NCBI GenBank assembly: GCA_043812495.1
Contig: JBDRMG010000024.1
Location: forward strand, 1-40,198
DNA length: 40,198 nt
Direction: 5' to 3'
DNA from: Candidatus Omnitrophota bacterium
GTDB taxonomy: Bacteria; Omnitrophota; Gorgyraeia; Zapsychrales; JBDRMG01
Under the pieces are notes generated by a model. That model was not told the origin of the DNA and did no database searches. It saw only the letters and a program-made list of their open reading frames with translations. Made by a program: the position numbers and the translations under genes. The first letter of the stretch is position 1. Each line of letters begins with the position of its first letter. Shown here one piece after another: positions 9,524 to 18,833 of this stretch.

Positions 9524-9564
9524 TAACTTTTGTAACCTTTGTAACTGTAGTAACATTAGTAACC
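9524..9564 (-). repeat. Right, inverted array of the same 9-bp repeat
   Basis: Reverse complement reads GGTTACTAA TGTTACTAC AGTTACAAA GGTTACAAA AGTTA. Confidence 0.9.
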
Positions 9565-9586
9565 AATATTACTTAAGATTTTTCAA

Positions 9587-10801
9587 ATGACAACATACCA
9601 CTACAAAGCCAGAGACAAATTCGGAAAACTCATTTCAGGAGCTATGGGTGCTGACTCCGAAAAGGCCGTGGCCACAAAGCTCGAACAAATGGAATATCTT
9701 CCGATTACGATTCAAGCCGCCAAGGGCGCGCCGCAAATCGGCAAATTCTTTGACCGCTTCAAAGGCATCAAATTCTCAGATTTAAACATTTTTACTCGCG
9801 AGCTTTTTGTCCTGCAAAGAGCGGGTCTTGCGCTTTTGAGCAGCCTGCGCGCTTTACAGGAACAGGCCCCTAATCCAATCTTTAAAAATGTCCTAGGTCA
9901 GGTGATAAGGGATATTGAAGCCGGTTCCACCTTATCCGATGCCCTGGCACGGCATCCGCGTATCTTTAATTCCCTCTATGTGAGCATGGTCAAATCAGGA
10001 GAAGTCTCCGGACGGTTGGATGAGACCTTGGACCGGTTAGCGACATTGGGCGAGCATGATGAACAAATTCGCATGCGTATTCAGGCCGCCATGATGTATC
10101 CGTCGATTGTGGTGGTGGGGCTGATCGTTGGTTTTTTAATTCTGGTCACAATGGTTATTCCGCGTTTTGCGAATGTGTATAGCCGGTTCGATTCGGCCTT
10201 GCCGCTTCCAACGCAATTTCTCATCGGCGTCAATTATGTGATTACGCATTTCTGGTGGATGATTATTCTTGTCATTTGCGGCTTAATTGTCTTATGGCAG
10301 CAATTTGTCAAGACATCGAATGGGATGCTATGGCGTGATTCTCTTCGGCTGAAAGTTCCTGTGTTTGGTCCGCTTGTTTTTAAGATGATTATGTCAAGAT
10401 TTTGCCGAGCTACAGGCATTTTGATGCGCAGTGGCGTTCCCATTTTGCAGATTTTGGAACTTGTTTCTGATGGCGTGGGCAACATTGTTATTTCCAGGGC
10501 AATCCAAAAAATAAAAGAAAGTGTTAAAGAAGGCAAAGGCATGTCAGCGCCTATGAAAGACAGCGGCTTATTCCCGCCGATTGTGGTCCAGATGGTCTCC
10601 GCAGGGGAGAGCACCGGAAAAGTAGATGAATTGCTCTTGCATGCCTCGGATTATTTTGATTTGCAGATTGACCACACGATCAGAAATCTTGTTTCTCTCG
10701 TTGAACCGATCTTGATTGTCATCTTAGGGCTTGTTGTTTTGGTCATGGCCCTGGGCATCTTCTTACCCATGTGGAATCTGATGCATTTGTTTAAGAGATA
10801 A
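9587..10801 (+). CDS. pilC: Type IV pilus inner-membrane platform protein (PilC/GspF)
   Basis: GEVSGRLD, AMMYP, GESTGKVD, LVEPILI, IFLPMW. Confidence 0.92.
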   Translation: MTTYHYKARDKFGKLISGAMGADSEKAVATKLEQMEYLPITIQAAKGAPQIGKFFDRFKGIKFSDLNIFTRELFVLQRAGLALLSSLRALQEQAPNPIFKNVLGQVIRDIEAGSTLSDALARHPRIFNSLYVSMVKSGEVSGRLDETLDRLATLGEHDEQIRMRIQAAMMYPSIVVVGLIVGFLILVTMVIPRFANVYSRFDSALPLPTQFLIGVNYVITHFWWMIILVICGLIVLWQQFVKTSNGMLWRDSLRLKVPVFGPLVFKMIMSRFCRATGILMRSGVPILQILELVSDGVGNIVISRAIQKIKESVKEGKGMSAPMKDSGLFPPIVVQMVSAGESTGKVDELLLHASDYFDLQIDHTIRNLVSLVEPILIVILGLVVLVMALGIFLPMWNLMHLFKR

Positions 10802-10819
10802 AAATACTTTTTATTGTAA

Positions 10820-10848
10820 TTGTCAAAGAAATTTCACCAGAGTATAAT
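10820..10848 (+). promoter_or_regulatory. Sigma70-type promoter for the major pilin
   Basis: TTGTCA-17 bp-TATAAT upstream of AGGAGG RBS. Confidence 0.65.
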
Positions 10849-10902
10849 GATAACAAAGTGAAATTATTGAGAACTCAAAAACATTTAAAAAGGAGGGAAG
10901 GT

Positions 10903-11313
10903 ATGGATTGGTCAAAGAAAGGTTTCACGTTGATTGAGTTGATCATGGTTATCGTTGTTTTAGGCATCTTAGCGGCTGTGGCTATTCCGAGATTCTTTGA
11001 TCTACAGAATGATGCGAATGATGCGGCTGAACAAGGTGTCATAGGAGGCGTGAGGGCCGGTATTGCGACCGAGCACGCCAATACGCTCGCCGGCGGAGGA
11101 ACGGGTTATACAGCAACTTTAGATGCTGCTGCCAGTGCAGCGTGCTCTACGGCTAATCCTTGTTTTGGCACGGTATTAGATCAAGGTGGCATTACGGGTG
11201 GAGGTTGGACGAAAACCGGTGCTACGGCCTATACGCATACGGGCACTAATACTAGTACGTATACTTATACTCCAGCCAATGGATCATTTTTGTGTACATT
11301 AAATTGTCCGTAA
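10903..11313 (+). CDS. Major type IV pilin (MshA/PilA-like)
   Basis: KKG|FTLIELIMVIVVLGILAAVAIPRF prepilin motif, strong RBS, own promoter and downstream hairpin, four Cys. Confidence 0.9.
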   Translation: MDWSKKGFTLIELIMVIVVLGILAAVAIPRFFDLQNDANDAAEQGVIGGVRAGIATEHANTLAGGGTGYTATLDAAASAACSTANPCFGTVLDQGGITGGGWTKTGATAYTHTGTNTSTYTYTPANGSFLCTLNCP

Positions 11314-11365
11314 TTCAGATAATGCTTCTTTGATTTGTTAGCCATTTGAGTTTGTTTTTAATATT

Positions 11366-11398
11366 TCGGCCCTTGACATCTTTGATGTCAAGGGCCGA
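11366..11398 (+). terminator. 15-bp perfect hairpin after the major pilin (terminator or mRNA-stabilising stem)
   Basis: TCGGCCCTTGACATC-TTT-GATGTCAAGGGCCGA. Confidence 0.65.
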
Positions 11399-11492
11399 TT
11401 TCATGTCCGTTACCTGCTATTCCTTCCCTTGCCTTGATTTTTATAATCAATACTAAAACAAGTATTCATTCAATGCTATAATACATTTATTC

Positions 11493-12308
11493 ATGGATAT
11501 GAAATTTGTGAATTTTAAAGAAAAGAAAGGCATTACCCTCGTCGCCTCGGTTATGCTCCTTGTTTTTGCCTCCATAGCGGTTCTGGGCGTGACTACCTTT
11601 ATTGTCCAGAGACTTGCGTTGGATGAAGTCAAGCTCATCCAAGCCAAAACCATTTACCTTGCGCAGGCAGGGCTGAACCAGGCGATTTATGATTACCGCA
11701 TAAACGGTTTTATCAAATATGGCCAGATCTATATTGACGCCAATCATTTTTTTGTCTTAGGCGGATCCTCAGCAGGCGGATCCACAGCCGATTCCCTGAT
11801 GGTTGATACGTCGCGGATGAACTTCAGTTCCAACAGAAGAGACCTGGACGATATCCTGATTCGAAACGCAAACGCCCTGCCCATCACCATTGACCGTATG
11901 ATTATTACGTGGAGCGACTTTGTTCCTCCGGCAAGCCGATTGCAAAGAATCCGCATAGGAAATTCATGGGTCTGGAGCGGTAATCTCGCCTCGCCGGCTG
12001 ATGCGAATATATCCAATTTTTCCTTAACGGCTCCAACGGTTTATCCCATCAAACTAAGATTTGATAATACAACCGGAATGAATGACCCGAACAATATTAT
12101 TACGATACGATTTATCATGACCGACGGATCAACCAAGGATGTGATCGTCTGGCCGCCTCCGCCCTCAGGCAGTAATTTTACCTTAACCATCAAATCCATG
12201 GGTCGCACAGAGCTTTCAAAGATATTTCGTACCATCGAGGCGCAATATAACATTTCAACCGGAATCATAACCGATTATCATGAGATTATCGATGAAATTT
12301 ATCCGTAA
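11493..12308 (+). CDS. PilX/GspK-like minor pilin
   Basis: KKG|ITLVAS prepilin-like site lacking Glu5; YLAQAGLNQA segment. Confidence 0.7.
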   Translation: MDMKFVNFKEKKGITLVASVMLLVFASIAVLGVTTFIVQRLALDEVKLIQAKTIYLAQAGLNQAIYDYRINGFIKYGQIYIDANHFFVLGGSSAGGSTADSLMVDTSRMNFSSNRRDLDDILIRNANALPITIDRMIITWSDFVPPASRLQRIRIGNSWVWSGNLASPADANISNFSLTAPTVYPIKLRFDNTTGMNDPNNIITIRFIMTDGSTKDVIVWPPPPSGSNFTLTIKSMGRTELSKIFRTIEAQYNISTGIITDYHEIIDEIYP

Positions 12309-12711
12309 CATTCGACCACAAAAGGAATTTCTCCTTCAGAGAGCCGCCTTTACCTTAATTGAACTTTTAATCACCATTGTTGTCGTTGGCATTATCTCTA
12401 TTCCTTTATCTGTGTCGTTATTTCAGCAAGTCGAAGGCACATTTCGTTCCCAGGATTACACGATGGCCATCAATCTGGCGCGCTATGAAATGGAAATAGT
12501 CAATAATATGGATTGGGATAATATTCTCAGCGCGAATTACCTGAATTATCTCGGAACCAGTTATAATTTGGCCAGAAGAGTTCGAATGATCACCCCACCG
12601 GGTGTCGAGGGACTTAAGCAAGTGAGTATTCAGGTGCGCCGGGCCGGCAGCGCTGATGACTTAGCAATTTTCATAACTTATATTGCCAGAAATGCACGTT
12701 ACGGGATATAA
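12292..12711 (+). CDS. Minor pilin (PilV/MshD-like)
   Basis: AA|FTLIELLITIVVVG; start 12292 inferred. Confidence 0.8.
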   Translation: MKFIRNIRPQKEFLLQRAAFTLIELLITIVVVGIISIPLSVSLFQQVEGTFRSQDYTMAINLARYEMEIVNNMDWDNILSANYLNYLGTSYNLARRVRMITPPGVEGLKQVSIQVRRAGSADDLAIFITYIARNARYGI

Positions 12712-13261
12712 TCAAAAAAAGGCTTTTACCATTATCGAAGCCATTGTCGTGATGGCTCTTTTAGTCATTATTTCGGTGGGCGGGGCCTCCTTGATGTTTT
12801 ATTTTATCCAGAACTCCGTCTTTATGCCCACGCAGATGAACGTGGATATGATTGTTTCGGATGCCTTGGATATTTTGATTGAAGGGGAGGGCAAAATTGG
12901 GGGTTTAAGATTTAGCCGAGAAATTACCTTGGCCCAGCCCAATGAGATTATTTTTGTCGATCAAGATGGGCAAAAAATCCGTTACTATCTTTACGGACTA
13001 CCGTCAAAACTTTACCGGGGATTCGACATAGGTCATTCCATTGAGCTTATTCCTTATTATGTTCCCACAGGTGTCACCTTGGGCCCCAGGGGGAAAGCGT
13101 TATTTACCTATTACGATGCCAACGACAATATAACGATGAATCCGGCTTTAGTGAGACGCATCGCCATTGGCTTGGTGGCCCAGACCGGAAGTGGTTCTTA
13201 TGAAAATTGGGATGGGCACTCCGAACAAGTGACATCCATTACCGTGAAAAAGTTTCAATAA
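12692..13261 (+). CDS. Minor pilin (PilW/MshO-like)
   Basis: KKA|FTIIEAIVVMALL; start 12692 inferred. Confidence 0.8.
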   Translation: MHVTGYNQKKAFTIIEAIVVMALLVIISVGGASLMFYFIQNSVFMPTQMNVDMIVSDALDILIEGEGKIGGLRFSREITLAQPNEIIFVDQDGQKIRYYLYGLPSKLYRGFDIGHSIELIPYYVPTGVTLGPRGKALFTYYDANDNITMNPALVRRIAIGLVAQTGSGSYENWDGHSEQVTSITVKKFQ

Positions 13262-13284
13262 TAAAATGTCCATCAATTCTCTCA

Positions 13285-13444
13285 TTAATGAGGTCTGCAC
13301 TTATGGAACGTCAGTGCCCGCTATTTTTCTAAATTTTGCGAGGTCTCGTCAATTCGATAAAATCGAATTGACGGAAACATAAGTGCATGACCGAATTAAC
13401 CCCGCCCTTTTGCCATAGGCAAAAGGGCGGGGATGGAACAAATA
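13285..13444 (+). repeat. Modular palindromic element, copy 2
   Basis: TTAAT-GA-GGTCTGCACTTATG...CATAAGTGCATGACC-GA-ATTAA then hairpin CCCCGCCCTTTTGCC-ATA-GGCAAAAGGGCGGGG (13400-13432); inner hairpin 13347-13373. Confidence 0.85.
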
Positions 13445-13446
13445 CA

Positions 13447-15120
13447 ATGAAAATATTTCCTTATATCATTCCAAAAGAAATCAAAGATAAAATTCTCGGG
13501 CTATGGAATTCCTGCCAGAAAAAACCCAAACGATTTCTTGCCATCGACTTTCGCCAGGCCCAAATCGAAATCGTCTATGTAGAAACAACGATTCATGGTC
13601 TTCAATTGCTGCGTCACCAGCGGCAAGCATCGCTTTCGCCTGAAAATTATGATGCGGCCGCTGTGCGCTTTATTCGAGATTTCATCCAGAAGAATTCCAT
13701 TGCGGATCACGATGTTGTCTTAAGCATTTCCGACGCCAATTCTGTGATCGTTAAATATCTAACTTTGCCTGTTGTTCCGCGCTCAGAAATTCTTGAAGCC
13801 GCCAAGTGGCAGCTCAAGGACGAAATCCCTTTTGACTTAGAAAGCGCTCTGGTGGATTGGCAGATTGTCAAGGAGGAGACGGATCAGGAGGGCGCGAAGA
13901 AAAACGGAATCATCTTTATCATCGTCAAAAAAGAGATCGTTGATCGCTACCTGTCCTTAGCGACGCAATGCCGTCTCAAGTGTTTTGCGGTCACGAGCGG
14001 CTCTTTTCATTATGCGCAGCTGCTCAAGGACCTGTCTCGCAAACCGGGAATTTCCGCTATTCTTGACATCGATGATCAGGATTCCACGTTGAATATTTAT
14101 GTGAATCATCAATTGAGCTTTGTCCGAAAGCTGCCTTTTTCCTGGGAAAAACTCATGCGGTCTTTAACGCAAACGTTAGTGACAGCCGAAGGGAAAGTCG
14201 GGCTTTCCTTAGAAGAGGCGCAAGAGATCATTCGTGATTGCGGTATTGTGCAAAATGAAACGCAGCCCATCAAAAACAACATTCAATCGACGCATATTAT
14301 TTCTCTCATGCGTCCGCTTCTTGAGAATCTTCTGCGCGAGATCAAACTCTCTGTCGGGTATTTTACCTCAACTTTCAATAGTTCGATGCCGTCTCAGCTT
14401 TATATTTCCGGCGGGGCTATGCGATTGAAGCATTTGGATGAGTTTCTGCACGCGGAGCTTAAGATGAACGTGGCCTGGCTGCCTTTGCCGACTTTTTTGG
14501 ACCGCAAGCTTAGCGCGGATGATCCCAAAAGAGATGATTACGATCAAATCATCCATGCCTTAGCCGCTTGCTTAAGAGATTCTAAAGACATTAACCTGCT
14601 GCCTCCTGAATTAAAAACTCAGAAAGCCGAAGAGGTCCAAAGGGCCTCCTTAAGACTGCTGGCTGTCACGGCGGGGAGCATTTTCCTGATTCTTTTCTTG
14701 ATTGACTCATTTCAGATGCGTGATTATGAAAAAAGATTAAAGGTCGCCCAATCACATTTGGGCACCATCAAAGGCATGGAGGCTTTGGGCCAAAAAATTG
14801 CCTTGAAACAGGAAGCGATCAATAAAATTCAAATGGATAGAATTCCGGCCAATGGACTCTTAAAAACCGTCAGCGTCCTTGTTCCTGCGGAGATCATCCT
14901 CAATGAAATATCCTTCCAGCAGTCCGGCCATTCGCTTTCGCTCAAAGGCACGCTTATTTCCGGTGGGACTCAATCCGAAACAGCCTTGACTCATTTCATG
15001 GAGGAACTCGAGGCATCTTCTTTTCTGACGGAAGCAAGCTTGATTTCATCGAAAAGAGTTGGCGATGGCATGGAATTCGAAATCAAATGCGATTTGGCGA
15101 AGGAAGAAAGATATGATTAA
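13447..15120 (+). CDS. pilM: PilM-PilN fusion protein
   Basis: Actin-like PilM region (LAIDF, ISGGA) then INLLP motif, TM helix and PilN-like C-terminal domain. Confidence 0.8.
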   Translation: MKIFPYIIPKEIKDKILGLWNSCQKKPKRFLAIDFRQAQIEIVYVETTIHGLQLLRHQRQASLSPENYDAAAVRFIRDFIQKNSIADHDVVLSISDANSVIVKYLTLPVVPRSEILEAAKWQLKDEIPFDLESALVDWQIVKEETDQEGAKKNGIIFIIVKKEIVDRYLSLATQCRLKCFAVTSGSFHYAQLLKDLSRKPGISAILDIDDQDSTLNIYVNHQLSFVRKLPFSWEKLMRSLTQTLVTAEGKVGLSLEEAQEIIRDCGIVQNETQPIKNNIQSTHIISLMRPLLENLLREIKLSVGYFTSTFNSSMPSQLYISGGAMRLKHLDEFLHAELKMNVAWLPLPTFLDRKLSADDPKRDDYDQIIHALAACLRDSKDINLLPPELKTQKAEEVQRASLRLLAVTAGSIFLILFLIDSFQMRDYEKRLKVAQSHLGTIKGMEALGQKIALKQEAINKIQMDRIPANGLLKTVSVLVPAEIILNEISFQQSGHSLSLKGTLISGGTQSETALTHFMEELEASSFLTEASLISSKRVGDGMEFEIKCDLAKEERYD

Positions 15121-15688
15121 GAAAATAAGCCCGTCACAAAAGAAGATTATCTACAGCACGGGAGCAGGACTTGTCGTTTTTCTGCTTGCCTGGGGTTTCT
15201 TTTATGTTCCGGTCAAAAGACGCCTGCGTGAGCTTAAAGCGGATTACGATCAAACCTTGAGCCATATCCAGCGCATAGAATCCATCTTCGGCGGCAGCGA
15301 AAACATGAATGAAGGCCTCAGTCGGATAGAAGAAAGACGCCGGGAGTTAGACGCAAAATTTCCCCTTAAAGAGGAAGAGGCCCTCAAGATGCTCTCTGAT
15401 TTTGCCCGTGATCTAAATATGGAAATGATTTCTATCGAACCGCAACCGAAGACGATTTTCTTGGATAAGAACGGCAGCGAAGTCAGCATAGAAGGAAAAA
15501 CCGTTAAAAAAGTTTTTGTTTCTCTCTCAATGAAGGGCGGTTTTCGGGAATGCGTCGGATATCTGGAAATGCTCAAGGAATCTTTACAGGCCTTTGTGAC
15601 CATCGAAAGTCTTGATGTCCAGAAAAGCGGTTCGGGTTCTGCCAAGCTAGTCATTAACTTAGATCTCAACATATATTTATTATCTTAA
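15113..15688 (+). CDS. pilO: PilO-like protein
   Basis: TM helix, coiled coil, ferredoxin-like C-terminus; position after PilN. Confidence 0.75.
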   Translation: MIKKISPSQKKIIYSTGAGLVVFLLAWGFFYVPVKRRLRELKADYDQTLSHIQRIESIFGGSENMNEGLSRIEERRRELDAKFPLKEEEALKMLSDFARDLNMEMISIEPQPKTIFLDKNGSEVSIEGKTVKKVFVSLSMKGGFRECVGYLEMLKESLQAFVTIESLDVQKSGSGSAKLVINLDLNIYLLS

Positions 15689-15690
15689 CG

Positions 15691-16149
15691 ATGCAAAAAA
15701 TAACTTTTCTTGAAAATTTTGAAAAGCTCAAACCAAAGGACAAAATCCAGTTGGGCGTAACGGCCGGCTTGGTTCTGGTCTTGATTTTTGTTATTTTGTC
15801 CGCTGTCCGGGGCCAGAAATCCCGTAGGCCGCAAGGGTTCTTCCAAAATCAGAACACACCCGCAGAACAATCCAAAACAGCGGGCCTGTATTCCCGTCTG
15901 GAAGAAGAGACAAACAATTTACAAATCAACAGAGATCCCTTTTTTAAGAAGCCTCAAGCATCGACACAGGAATCGGGTTTACAGCTCAATGGTATCGCTT
16001 GGGAAAAAGGAGACCCCAAAGCCATTATTAACAATAAAATTGTCGAGATCGGCAGCGAAATCAATGGTCATACGGTTGTGAATATCAAGAAAGACAGGGT
16101 GATATTAAACAACGGAATCCGCAATATTGAAATTTTGCTCGAGCTTTAG
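15691..16149 (+). CDS. PilP/GspC-like accessory protein
   Basis: TM helix, RDPF, LNGIAW...AIINN...G.EI.G. Confidence 0.65.
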   Translation: MQKITFLENFEKLKPKDKIQLGVTAGLVLVLIFVILSAVRGQKSRRPQGFFQNQNTPAEQSKTAGLYSRLEEETNNLQINRDPFFKKPQASTQESGLQLNGIAWEKGDPKAIINNKIVEIGSEINGHTVVNIKKDRVILNNGIRNIEILLEL

Positions 16150-16206
16150 GTCAGGAATTTAATCTTTTCATTAAAACAGTTTTGTTGTATAATTAAAGAA
16201 AATCAG

Positions 16207-16232
16207 GACAGCCGCGGTGGCTGTCTTTTTTT
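16207..16232 (+). terminator. Intrinsic terminator after the pilus cluster
   Basis: GACAGCC-GCGGT-GGCTGTC followed by T7. Confidence 0.7.
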
Positions 16233-16245
16233 GTTTATTAGACCC

Positions 16246-16560
16246 ATGAAGCTTATACGGAATATTCTTATAGGAATAATGATCGGCCTCAGCGTCTGGA
16301 CGGCGTATTCTTTCCAGCAAGAGTCCCGTTCCCTGACCCAGCTTGCCCTTAAGAGAAGAAGTTTTTCCAGACGAAATTTTCTTTCGGGCAGAGGGGGTTC
16401 TTCCAGGAAGAATTTTCTTTCCGGCAGAAAAAGTTTTTCCAGACGAAACTTTGTTACGGGTCAAACATCATCCTCGCGTTCTTCTTCGCGTTCCTCTTCG
16501 CATTCTTCTACATTAAGAAGAAATCAGAATTCTGATCGAAGATCTCAGTTCCGGCGCTAG
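16246..16560 (+). CDS. Small Arg/Ser-rich protein with signal peptide and three 12-aa repeats
   Basis: MKLIRNILIGIMIGLSVWTAYS signal-like start; in-frame 36-bp repeats at 16354-16461. Confidence 0.65.
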   Translation: MKLIRNILIGIMIGLSVWTAYSFQQESRSLTQLALKRRSFSRRNFLSGRGGSSRKNFLSGRKSFSRRNFVTGQTSSSRSSSRSSSHSSTLRRNQNSDRRSQFRR

Positions 16561-16771
16561 TGCCGCCCCAATTGACATATGCTGAATGTGTTCTACTTGA
16601 TCTAAAGGCAGGAGAAGAGATGAATAATACGCAAAAGATAGTTGGGGCGGCACTAGTTACCCACCGAATTCTCCATCTTCAAAATGCCAAATAGCTTATA
16701 GTGTTTGCATGTTGATTTTGATACAATAAAGTCGGAAAATTTGCTTAATAATTCACTCAAAAGGGGGCAAA

Positions 16772-18691
16772 ATGTTTGCATTGATCTGGATCGGTTCGAT
16801 TGTGGCGACGGCCATTGTGGCCAGCGAGAAGAATCTGAGCGTAGCCGGATTCCTTTTTTTGTCGTTTTTTCTGGGGCCGGTCGCCTTGTTAGTTGTTCTT
16901 TTGATACCCAAACAACCACTTGAAAGTAAATCCTCGCTTAATATCGGTTCGCTTCACGAAGCGCGATCGCAATTAAATATCATCCAACAATCCCTTACTT
17001 CTTTACAGGAAAAGGTCAAAAGACTTGAAGAGAGGATCAATCAGCTGATGACTCAGGAGGACCTTCTGCGGGATTCAGCGGCAGAAATTCCTGAGACCGT
17101 GGAGTCACCCCGCGAGAAGACAACCGAAAAAACAGAACAGGAGGGTTTTGAATTTACCTTCGGGAAATATTGGCTAAACCGTTTGGGTGTGGTCATTTTT
17201 GTCCTGGGCATTGCCTTTTTGATTAGCTACACCTTCCAATATTTTAATGCCTTTGCCAAGATACTCACAGGGTATTTGTTGAGTGCGGTTTTTCTTTTTT
17301 GGGGGCATCGCCTTGAAGTGCAAGAGAGATATAAAAAAGTCGCCTGGGGTATTCTGGCCGGAGGCTGGGCTCTTATGTATCTGACGACCTATGCCATGCA
17401 TTATTTTGAGGCGACAAAAATCATCACAAACGCCCCGATCGAACTATGGCTTCTGGCTTTGGTGAGCTTTGGCACGATCATTTACAATCTGAAGTATCGA
17501 TCATGGGTAACGACGTTTTTTACGTTTTTCTTAGCATTAATTACCATTGGGCTCGGAAACATGGACTATTCTACGGTGCTTTTGTGTTCACTGCTTGTCG
17601 GCAGCGTTGTCCTTATTGCCTATAGGTTGCGGTGGTATTATTTTCTGTTACTGGAAATGGGAGCCTGTTATATCACCTATGCCTATTGGCTGAATCCGAA
17701 ATTGATGACATCGCTGCTTTTGAGTAAAGGTTTAAGCATTCCTATCTATCAATTTCAGATTGGTTTCGGTATTCTTCTCATCAGCTGGACCCTGTTTTCC
17801 GTAACTTTATTCTTGTTGGATGCCGAGAGCCGGGAAAAAGTGAGATGCCTTGTGCACGGCACCTTGATCAATGCCGGTTTTTTTACATTTCTGGGGCTGC
17901 ATGAAATCTATCGGGTCGGACCGCACTTAACCGCGGGATGGGATGAAAAATTCTGGTTTTTGATGATGCTAGCCGGGGTTTACTCGCTTTTTTCCGTTCT
18001 CTATAAACGTTTAAATTTATCCCGCCTGATCGTTGTTTGTTGTTGCGTGGTTGTATCGCTTCTGTCGATGGCCATATGGATCAAATGCTCGAAGCTGAGC
18101 ATCGGTTTTTACTGGATTATGGAAATAGCTATTTTATTTATTCTGGGCTTTACCTATCGAGAATGGATTTACCGGTTTTTGGCAGGGCTACTAAGTGTTT
18201 TTCTGTTTTTCCGATTGTTTATGGTTGATTATTTGAGCTATAAAGAATATGTCCTTTTTCACATAACCATTAAACACAATATTCTCATTTTCTCATGTGC
18301 GACTTTATGCTTCTATCTTTTGGGCGCTTTAATGAAGAAAGATAAAATCAGAACAAGTATCCCCGAGAGCGAAGCCTCTTTTTACAGCGCCTTTCCTGTT
18401 CTAGGAACCGTTCTGATGACATTTTTGCTGGGCAAAGAAGTCAAGTCGAAATGGCTTTCTCTGGCCTGGACTCTTGAAGCGGCGGGGATTCTTGGTTTGG
18501 GATTCCTATGGAAACAAAAGGTTTATAGAGTTTGTGCGCTGTGTATCTTTGCGCTCGCTTCTTTGCGGGTCATTTTTATTGATATTTCCGGGATCAATAC
18601 GATTTACAAAATAATGGCTTTTATTTCTTTGGGGGCGGTTCTTTTGGGCGTATCGTTGATGTACTCAAAGTACATGCTCAAGAAAGAATAA
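16772..18691 (+). CDS. DUF2339-like multi-pass membrane protein
   Basis: FEFTFGKYWLNRLG and C-terminal 'RVIFIDIS...YKIMAFISLG' pattern; many TM helices. Confidence 0.8.
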   Translation: MFALIWIGSIVATAIVASEKNLSVAGFLFLSFFLGPVALLVVLLIPKQPLESKSSLNIGSLHEARSQLNIIQQSLTSLQEKVKRLEERINQLMTQEDLLRDSAAEIPETVESPREKTTEKTEQEGFEFTFGKYWLNRLGVVIFVLGIAFLISYTFQYFNAFAKILTGYLLSAVFLFWGHRLEVQERYKKVAWGILAGGWALMYLTTYAMHYFEATKIITNAPIELWLLALVSFGTIIYNLKYRSWVTTFFTFFLALITIGLGNMDYSTVLLCSLLVGSVVLIAYRLRWYYFLLLEMGACYITYAYWLNPKLMTSLLLSKGLSIPIYQFQIGFGILLISWTLFSVTLFLLDAESREKVRCLVHGTLINAGFFTFLGLHEIYRVGPHLTAGWDEKFWFLMMLAGVYSLFSVLYKRLNLSRLIVVCCCVVVSLLSMAIWIKCSKLSIGFYWIMEIAILFILGFTYREWIYRFLAGLLSVFLFFRLFMVDYLSYKEYVLFHITIKHNILIFSCATLCFYLLGALMKKDKIRTSIPESEASFYSAFPVLGTVLMTFLLGKEVKSKWLSLAWTLEAAGILGLGFLWKQKVYRVCALCIFALASLRVIFIDISGINTIYKIMAFISLGAVLLGVSLMYSKYMLKKE

Positions 18692-18833
18692 ATCCAGTGG
18701 CATGATACGGCCGCTATGAATACCAATTTAATAGTAATAAGTAATAATACTCTTGTGGGAGAATTACTTTAAGGATAAAATAATCACATCTCATCTCGCA
18801 AATTGAAAAATAAATAACTGAAGATTCAAGCAC

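Noticed and set aside
9071..9564. Short repeat arrays as CRISPR or a DGR
   Set aside because: Units are 9 bp without spacers; no cas or reverse transcriptase gene and no template/variable repeat pair seen
16354..16461. 36-bp repeats as a CRISPR array
   Set aside because: Contiguous, in frame, no unique spacers
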